Shown here one piece after another: positions 57,664 to 64,000 of a DNA stretch of 64,000 nt (its first letter is position 1; each line of letters opens with the position of its first letter). Source of the stretch: Candidatus Parvarchaeota archaeon (GTDB lineage: Archaea > Nanobdellota > Nanobdellia > WJKC01); the NCBI GenBank assembly GCA_030615175.1, contig JAUWZX010000001.1:199840-263839 (forward strand), given 5' to 3'. The position numbers and the translations under genes were made by a program. The notes beneath the pieces are model-generated. The model was not told the origin of the DNA, searched no databases, and was given only the letters and a program-made list of their open reading frames with translations.

Positions 57664-58168
57664 GATATTCTTTAATTAACTCGCTGTACTTATTAAATTC
57701 TTCCCTGCTTAGGGTTTCAACTGCTTCCCAGTAATGGATGCCAACGCAATCACCCTTTCTTGCTTTGCAATTATTAATAACTTCTTTTTCCTTTCCTAAT
57801 ATGTTGACAAGTAGTTTATTATTATAATTTTTTATTACTCTCCCAACTAATGCCAAGCAGAAGTTAGCATCTTCCCTAACGCTGCACCATTTAATTACTA
57901 ATTCATTATGCGTGTTAAACATGTATTCCTTCATCGGGTTTTTAACACTTTTTTCAATTAATTTCAGAACCCTGGGGTAAGCCATGCACCAGCCTTTTTT
58001 CAGTACTTCGTCATTAATTACTCCTGTTTCTAAGGCTTTTTCAGTTTCATTTCCTACTTCTAACCATTTCTGCTTTATTTGCTCTCTTTTACTTCCTGTA
58101 TAGAAATCATAGTATTTTATGCATGGTATTGCCCAGGCAAGGAATTCCTTAACACATTTTTTTTCCAT
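57650..58168 (-). CDS. hypothetical protein with HypC-like C-terminal OB domain (DUF6390-like)
   Basis: C....G.V, KGDCVGIHYWEAVETLS. Confidence 0.65.
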   Translation of the reverse strand: MEKKCVKEFLAWAIPCIKYYDFYTGSKREQIKQKWLEVGNETEKALETGVINDEVLKKGWCMAYPRVLKLIEKSVKNPMKEYMFNTHNELVIKWCSVREDANFCLALVGRVIKNYNNKLLVNILGKEKEVINNCKARKGDCVGIHYWEAVETLSREEFNKYSELIKEYHEYI

Positions 58169-58220
58169 TCATTTTACAATAGGCTTTGTATTAATTAAAT
58201 ATTTTCTGTGCACTTAGTCT

Positions 58221-59633
58221 TTAATTATCTTCTTTGTGGATGAACTTGTAGAATGGAGGCCCGTTTTTACCTAATTCCTCAATCCTTGCAAGAGCTGGTT
58301 TAACTTTTGTTCCTGGCTGCAGGTCGCATCCTGCTATTAATGATTCCACTATCCCGTTTGGTGTTTTTATCATGGCTTTCCTGAAAATACCGTCAAGTGA
58401 TTTTGAAGTGGACACTACTTCTCCTTTGCTTATATTATTGCGTTCAACAGTTTTGCACCCTCTTCTTTTCATCTCGCTTTTATACTCTATATTCCTAAAC
58501 TGGGGCATTCCTTCTGCTCTGAATTTCATCCAGTCTAAAACTGTTTCAGGAGAAATGTATTCCTTAACCCTTAGAAATTCTTCAACAGTTTTTTCACTCT
58601 TCACAACTTCCTGTAATCCTTCACGAGTTTCGATAAACAAACTCATGGCTGTTGCTCCGGAACCGTATGATATTATTAATAATTTCTCATCTTGTCTTGA
58701 CTGCTCAAGCATGTTTGCCAGAGTTATAAGCACTGTTACAGGGTAAGGGTTGCCGATTACGCTTCCTGTTTCCCTTGCTATTCTTGTTTTTTCAAAAAAA
58801 GTTCCTTTTTTAAGAAGTTCTTCAAGAGGATTATCCTTTATTACTGGTTCTTTATCTGCTCTCGCGCTCCACTCCATCATTTTCGGGAAAGGCGTGTGCA
58901 TTCCAATCTTGTTAAAATCATGAATTGTTTCTTTGCATTCTTTAAGCATGTTCTTTAGTGATTCAACAACATGCTTCTTATATGATTTAACTGTTTCTTC
59001 TCCCATGTGTGATGGTGCTTTTTCACCTGGTTTTCTCCAGAAATCTTTTGTATTACTTGTGTAATTACCCACGTGTTTAATAACTGCAACAGGGTTTTCT
59101 CCAATAATGAATGCGGCAGCGCCGTCGCCAACAGTGTACTCTAAGGCATCGCCTATATTTGCTTGCGCAGTGTCTGAGGCAACAACGAGAATGCATTTAT
59201 TATTATAATTTGCTTCTCTGATAGCAGAAATTATTCCGCTAGTGCCTGCCTGGCATGTGAATGTTAGGTTAATGAGTTCAACATTGGATTTTAAGCCCAG
59301 TGATTCAATAAGTTCTGTTGCTGCAACAACTTCATCAATATGCGTTTCGGTTGCGAAGTAAACAGAGCCGATATCTGCTGGTTTAACTCCTGCTCTTTTA
59401 AAGGCATTAATTGATGCTTCATGAGCCATGGTTATGACATCTTCACTTGGATGCGCTTTTCTTCTTTCAATAACTCCTAATCCTTCTGTTATCTTCTTGA
59501 AATCTATTTTATCTTTTTCTTCTTTATACTGGTTTCTGTACTTAATGTATTCTTCATTGCTTATTGTTTGTAATGGAAGATAAATCCCCCACCCTTTAAT
59601 GCCGTACTTTTCATTATATCTTTCGTTAATCAT
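58221..59633 (-). CDS. hydroxymethylglutaryl-CoA synthase family protein with C-terminal DUF35-like OB-fold extension
   Basis: ED..TMA, ATE, FTCQAG (Cys), DFWR, HTPF (His), IGN.Y, SYGSGA. Confidence 0.85.
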   Translation of the reverse strand: MINERYNEKYGIKGWGIYLPLQTISNEEYIKYRNQYKEEKDKIDFKKITEGLGVIERRKAHPSEDVITMAHEASINAFKRAGVKPADIGSVYFATETHIDEVVAATELIESLGLKSNVELINLTFTCQAGTSGIISAIREANYNNKCILVVASDTAQANIGDALEYTVGDGAAAFIIGENPVAVIKHVGNYTSNTKDFWRKPGEKAPSHMGEETVKSYKKHVVESLKNMLKECKETIHDFNKIGMHTPFPKMMEWSARADKEPVIKDNPLEELLKKGTFFEKTRIARETGSVIGNPYPVTVLITLANMLEQSRQDEKLLIISYGSGATAMSLFIETREGLQEVVKSEKTVEEFLRVKEYISPETVLDWMKFRAEGMPQFRNIEYKSEMKRRGCKTVERNNISKGEVVSTSKSLDGIFRKAMIKTPNGIVESLIAGCDLQPGTKVKPALARIEELGKNGPPFYKFIHKEDN

Positions 59634-59916
59634 TAAATAATTAAGCAATCATGTCCCTTTTAAATATTTTTATAGGCTTTCCCGCGCAGGACTTTGTTCC
59701 ATCGCGTCCAACGCGTTTTTAAGAATTTTTTTATATTCTTCCTGTCAATTACGAATATTGCTGTGAGGATTATGAAATTTATTATTACGAAGATGTAGTG
59801 TTCCATTAAAATTTAAGGAATTAATTGATAATAATAAGTTTTATTATGAAGAGAAAAACTTTAAAAAATAGGATTTCTAATAAAGAGAAGAATGAAGAAA
59901 TATCGAGGTAAAAACA

Positions 59917-61143
59917 ATGAAAACTAGGTTTGTATTTGGTATTGCAGCGATGCTATTAGTAGTAACAGCTGTAACAGCGCAAGCCAGTCAAATGTCGTAT
60001 TACGTAGAGTCCGACAATCCGGTATTAAAGTTTTTCCTAGGAGTAAAGCATGAATTCCCTGGAGTGTTTTCAACAGAGTTGACACAAGGCCAAGCAGGAT
60101 TTCTCAACGCTTTTGGAATAAAAACAGAGCCAGTTCAGATTTATGAAATTACAGGAAAGCCAACCTGTAATAATAATGGAATTTGTGAGCCAGAACAAGG
60201 GGAAAATCCAAGTTGTGCAGATTGTAAGAATGATGGCGAAGAGGAACCACCAGCAGAAGGAAGAACTTGTACACCTTCTACACAATTACCATATGGTATA
60301 ACAATGGTTAATGGCGGCTCTGGCGGATTAGGAGTGATAGTTGCTGTTTTAGATACAGGAGTAGACACGGACCATCCAGACTTGGTGGGCAATATTAAAG
60401 ACTGTGTGACAAAAGTTACGCACTTTGTACCTGACAGTAAAAATTGCGAAGATGGACATGGCCATGGAACCCATGTGTCAGGAACAGTGTTGGCAAATGC
60501 TGGTTCAGATGGATTAGGAATCTATGGTGTAGCGCCAGAAGCGAGTTTGATGGCAGTAAAAGTTTGTGATAAGAGAGGACTGTGTTATGGAGATGACATT
60601 GCAGCAGGAATTTACTATGCAGCAGACAATGGAGCAAATATAATATCAATGAGTATTGGTGGAGATTCACCAGATTCACAGATTTTGGCAGCAATAGACT
60701 ATGCAGTTGATAAAGGAGTTCTGCCAGTTGCAGCAGCAGGAAATGATGGGCCAGAAGATGGTAGCATAGATTATCCAGGAGCTTATGTAAAAGTAATAGC
60801 GGTTGGAGCAATTGACATTAACGAACAAGTTCCAGACTGGTCTTCGAGAGGAGTAAACGATGGAGACGATGTTATAGAGGAAAGGGAAGTTGAATTCGGA
60901 ACGCCAGGAGTTTCAATAGAATCAGCATACAATGATGGATGTTACGCCTACAAGTCAGGCACGAGTATGGCAACACCACACGTTTCAGGATTAGCAGCTA
61001 AATTGTGGGATGCAGCAGACGGGGTACTGGATGGCGCTGGTAATGCAGTAGATACAAGAAGTTACTTACAGGGGATAGCAAGCGATATCTGGACTGTAGG
61101 GGACGACACTGCAACTGGATTCGGATTACCAATAGCATCATAA
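59917..61143 (+). CDS. subtilisin-family (S8) serine protease, secreted
   Basis: Signal peptide, LDTG, HGTHVSG, AAAGN, GTSMATPH. Confidence 0.95.
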   Translation: MKTRFVFGIAAMLLVVTAVTAQASQMSYYVESDNPVLKFFLGVKHEFPGVFSTELTQGQAGFLNAFGIKTEPVQIYEITGKPTCNNNGICEPEQGENPSCADCKNDGEEEPPAEGRTCTPSTQLPYGITMVNGGSGGLGVIVAVLDTGVDTDHPDLVGNIKDCVTKVTHFVPDSKNCEDGHGHGTHVSGTVLANAGSDGLGIYGVAPEASLMAVKVCDKRGLCYGDDIAAGIYYAADNGANIISMSIGGDSPDSQILAAIDYAVDKGVLPVAAAGNDGPEDGSIDYPGAYVKVIAVGAIDINEQVPDWSSRGVNDGDDVIEEREVEFGTPGVSIESAYNDGCYAYKSGTSMATPHVSGLAAKLWDAADGVLDGAGNAVDTRSYLQGIASDIWTVGDDTATGFGLPIAS

Positions 61144-61145
61144 AC

Positions 61146-61178
61146 TTTTTTCTTTCTTTTTCTTTATTCTTTTTTTTT
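61146..61178 (+). terminator. oligo-T terminator
   Basis: Long T-rich tract immediately after the S8 stop codon. Confidence 0.6.
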
Positions 61179-61225
61179 ATTGTAAAAGAAAAATTATTTA
61201 ATTAAGTTATTTGCTCTAATGATTC

Positions 61226-61870
61226 GTGGTTGTCAGACTTAACCTTGGCAGGATTAGTGAATTTGAAGACAGAGAGCCTGACTATAAGAATAATCCTGTA
61301 ATCCAGCAGTATTTTAAAATATTACTTAAAACAACTAATTGGCTTGAAGCTTATCATCCTTGCTTGTTTAGCACGCCTAGTAATTGGAGTCAGGGTGAAG
61401 GGCACTTGTTCACTGACAGAATCTGTGTGGTGGAGGGATTAGAGGCTGAGTTAGGGAGAAAAGGATTCATGAGTCCTTACCATGATGATATCATGTTTAC
61501 TGATGCTGAAAGGGAAGGCCTTCGAGAGATTTTGGAGCAGACGACTCTTGAGTTCTTAAATAAGTCCAGAGAGCCAGGTGAGTACTGGTCGCTTGATGGA
61601 AAACCAGATAATAAGCGTTTACTGCACACCTTTTTTATTTACTTTAATGAATCGCATTGGGAGTGGTACATGGTTATCGGTTATGATGATAGGAAAACGT
61701 TATTCTCAATAGATTATGCCAGTGTTGTGAACAGGTTAAACAGGCGGGAGTTCAAGGAGTTTGTTAAAACAGCAATGGAAAACGTTGAACAGGGCAGGAT
61801 AGTGGAGCCGGATGGGATATTTACGGACAGGAACTTTACTAAAAGCCCATTAATAACTGATTACTTATGA
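61226..61870 (+). CDS. hypothetical protein
   Basis: 214-aa ORF with upstream TATA-like TTTATTAA; no recognised motif. Confidence 0.65.
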   Translation: MVVRLNLGRISEFEDREPDYKNNPVIQQYFKILLKTTNWLEAYHPCLFSTPSNWSQGEGHLFTDRICVVEGLEAELGRKGFMSPYHDDIMFTDAEREGLREILEQTTLEFLNKSREPGEYWSLDGKPDNKRLLHTFFIYFNESHWEWYMVIGYDDRKTLFSIDYASVVNRLNRREFKEFVKTAMENVEQGRIVEPDGIFTDRNFTKSPLITDYL

Positions 61871-61960
61871 AACGTAAATGATTTAATAATATTTAAAAAG
61901 CATATATACTAAAGTTGATACATAATTATTATATAGCGTTCACATTTATATTAATCATTA

Positions 61961-62785
61961 ATGGTTGGCGTCTTTTCAAGAAGTTTTAAATTGGTGAAGG
62001 AAAGTTTTGCAGTTCTTAAAAAGGATAAGGAGATTATGTGGTTTCCAGTAATCTCTGTAATCGTGACTGTTTTATTGTTCGTGTCTTTCATAACTCCAAT
62101 TTATTTTTCCGCAGATATCAGATTAGGAGATTTAACAAGTAATTATTTATATTACGTAATGTTCTTTGCTTATTATCTTTTAAGTTATTTTATTATTATA
62201 TTCTTTAATACTGGATTAATAACTTGCGTTCATATAAGATTGCATGGTGGGGATCCGACTCTTAGTGATGGTCTTAAAAATGCTGCAAAACATGTTAAGA
62301 AGATATTCATATGGGCTTTAATATCTGCCACTATTGGAATCATTTTAAGAGCAATTGCTAATAAGTCAGGTACTTTAGGTAAGATAGTTACGGGGATTAT
62401 TGGCATGGTTTGGAGTTTACTAACCTTCTTTGTAATTCCAGTTATGATTTTTGAAAATGTGAGCGTGTTTCAGTCAATTAAGAGGTCAGGGCACTTGTTC
62501 AAGAAGACTTGGGGTGAGAATGTGGTTGGTAGATTCTCGATAGGAATCTTCTTTGTGATTTTAAGTCTTATCGGAATTATTCCATTAGTGTTGTCATTAT
62601 TTACAATGTCTCTCACCATGATTATCCTGGTGCTTGCATCCGTGATTACTTACTGGGTCATCCTTGGAGTGATTAGTTCAAGTTTAAGCGTGATTTTCAC
62701 TACCGCCTTATATGATTACGCTAACACTGGTAAAGTCCCTTCTGCTTACAGTCCTGAAGTTATTAAAAATGCATTTAAGAAGTAA
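61961..62785 (+). CDS. DUF6159-like membrane protein
   Basis: SF.VL..DKE...FP, WALISAT.G, W...TFFV.PV, KKTWGE. Confidence 0.82.
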   Translation: MVGVFSRSFKLVKESFAVLKKDKEIMWFPVISVIVTVLLFVSFITPIYFSADIRLGDLTSNYLYYVMFFAYYLLSYFIIIFFNTGLITCVHIRLHGGDPTLSDGLKNAAKHVKKIFIWALISATIGIILRAIANKSGTLGKIVTGIIGMVWSLLTFFVIPVMIFENVSVFQSIKRSGHLFKKTWGENVVGRFSIGIFFVILSLIGIIPLVLSLFTMSLTMIILVLASVITYWVILGVISSSLSVIFTTALYDYANTGKVPSAYSPEVIKNAFKK

Positions 62786-62806
62786 TAAAAAGACTTCAAA
62801 AAATTT

Positions 62807-62823
62807 AGCCCTGGGTGAGAGTT
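62807..62823 (-). repeat. diverged direct repeat of the tRNA-Thr 3' end (att-like site)
   Basis: AGCCCTGGGTGAGAGTT versus AGCCCCGGATGAGATTT at 63837-63853, 14/17 identical. Confidence 0.6.
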
Positions 62824-62890
62824 CTTTCTATGATTCATATCTTACCATCATTATAATTAAATTTAATGGAAGAATTATTTAAGGAATGTG

Positions 62891-63526
62891 TTAAACGGTT
62901 TTATAGCAATTATCTTCAATATCTGATTTTTTTAATATAATAAATTTTTGTGTTTTTCTGAGCTCGCTAGCAAAGCCAAAATTTACACTACAAACTATTG
63001 CCTCTTTTTTATTTCTTTTTACTAGGTTTAAAGCAGGAATGAAATCCGCGTCACCTGAAATGAGAATGCAGCAATCACACTCTCCTTTTAAGACACTATC
63101 TATCATGGCTACAGCAATCATTACATCTATGCCTTTTTCTTTTTTATTAAAGTCACCTATGCATTCCATACAATGTTGAACAACTTTTGGTTTGCATTCT
63201 TCGCAGAAATCTAATTCTTTAATAAGTAACCTTTTTGCTTCTTGTAATTCTTTATTAGACCTTTTTTGCAGTTTTCGTGTTTTAACTACGAATTTTTCTA
63301 AAGCGTTAAGTTCGTTTAAGAATTTAATATGTTTGTAATAGACTTCTTCACTATCTCTTATATCTGGGATCGCGTTATAATAATATGTTAGTTTCCATCT
63401 GTAACTAAGTTCTTTACATATAAATTCGCATAATTTCTTGAAATCAATCATTTTAGGGATTAATCTAATCCCTTTTGAGTTATGATAAAAATTGCTTCCA
63501 TCAATGAATATTATTGCGCTCTTCAT
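62891..63526 (-). CDS. NYN domain (LabA/DUF88, PIN-like) ribonuclease with Cys4 insertion
   Basis: FIDGSN, YYY, EKGIDV, SGDADF catalytic Asp motifs; CEEC-x8-CMEC insert. Confidence 0.92.
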   Translation of the reverse strand: MKSAIIFIDGSNFYHNSKGIRLIPKMIDFKKLCEFICKELSYRWKLTYYYNAIPDIRDSEEVYYKHIKFLNELNALEKFVVKTRKLQKRSNKELQEAKRLLIKELDFCEECKPKVVQHCMECIGDFNKKEKGIDVMIAVAMIDSVLKGECDCCILISGDADFIPALNLVKRNKKEAIVCSVNFGFASELRKTQKFIILKKSDIEDNCYKTV

Positions 63527-63577
63527 AGCGTTTTTATAGCTGGCACTAATTAAAAAGTTTTTACATTAAAATTAAAG

Positions 63578-63617
63578 AAGCCCAGTATTTCCTCCGAAAA
63601 GGGCATACTGGGGACTT
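63578..63617 (-). ncRNA. candidate 40-nt hairpin small RNA upstream of the NYN gene
   Basis: AAG-UC-CCCAGUAU-GC-CCUU-UUCG-GAGG-AA-AUACUGGG-CUU; TATA-like TTTATATG about 24 nt upstream; U-rich tract after. Confidence 0.55.
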
Positions 63618-63625
63618 AATATTTA

Positions 63626-63803
63626 TTAAATAGATTCAATCATATAAAAAACTTTTGTTTCAGTTTTTATACTCAAAATTTTCAACAAATCATGTAATTC
63701 CTCTATTCTATGGTACATTAGTTCTAATTGCCATGCTTCTGTACATTCTTCTTTAAGCGTGTGTAATCTTTATAAATTCTCTATAGATTTGCTCCTTGTC
63801 CAT
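63626..63803 (-). pseudogene. possible short frameshifted ORF
   Basis: MDKEQIYREF.. stops after 16 codons; another frame continues RLHTLKEECTEAWQLELMYHRIEELHDLLKILS to TAA at 63626. Confidence 0.3.
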
Positions 63804-63836
63804 TAGGAAACTTTAGTTAATAACTGATTACTTATA

Positions 63837-63910
63837 AGCCCCGGATGAGATTTGAACTCACGACCTATTGCTTACGAGGCAATCGCTCTAACCAGCTGAG
63901 CTACCGGGGC
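63837..63910 (-). tRNA. tRNA-Thr (CGU)
   Basis: GCCCCGG/CCGGGGC-T acceptor stem, ATTGC-CT-CGT-AA-GCAAT, GTGAG-TTCAAAT-CTCAT; CCA not encoded. Confidence 0.96.
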
Positions 63911-64000
63911 AGTTAAGAATATAGAATAATTAAAAGAGTATTTAATCTTTACTAATCGGGACGTGAGCATCTTTTCTAAAAGTAAGTATGCGCCTCGCTT

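Noticed and set aside
59675..59720. GC-rich patch with CGCGT-CCA-ACGCG upstream of the HMG-CoA synthase gene
   Set aside because: Only short, mutually exclusive stems; no match to a riboswitch, SECIS or tRNA that I can support
62804..62850. Minus-strand ATGATGG...CTAA as a box C/D sRNA
   Set aside because: Both boxes are mismatched and the apparent guide is better explained as the tRNA-Thr 3'-end repeat; may be a short gene remnant
1..64000. CRISPR arrays, rRNA, transposases, integrases, inteins, stop-codon recoding
   Set aside because: None seen; conserved proteins have normal lengths and TAA, TAG and TGA all act as stops

Overview
Compact, AT-rich archaeal chromosome segment. Gene content (AglB/AglH, Orc1/Cdc6, FEN1, aEF-1beta, S17e, TBP, EndA, NucS, Nre, AMP phosphorylase plus R15P isomerase, few biosynthetic genes) and short or overlapping intergenic spaces suggest a DPANN (Nanoarchaeota-like) archaeon; this placement is inference. 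About 1-20.8 kb is a surface-glycosylation locus (PMM, two nucleotidyltransferases, GT2/GT4, flippase, three GT-C membrane proteins, AglH, AglB). About 21-56.7 kb is mostly housekeeping (replication, repair, translation, Trp/Leu/Gly/Phe tRNA synthetases, nucleoside salvage, two large Ig-like surface proteins). About 56.7-63.8 kb is an accessory block next to tRNA-Thr. Three tRNAs are present: Arg-UCU, Thr-CGU and a Trp-CCA with two introns. Strongest leads: (1) a ~1 kb element bounded by tRNA-Thr and a diverged copy of its 3' end, carrying an NYN ribonuclease and an apparently separately promoted 40-nt hairpin RNA; (2) a small coiled-coil + polyproline + WH2-like protein resembling WAVE/WASH complex subunits; (3) the double-intron tRNA-Trp; (4) a ribbon-helix-helix/nucleotidyltransferase fusion with an inverted repeat over its own start codon. 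All family assignments are by eye from motifs; no searches were run, so novelty is unverified.
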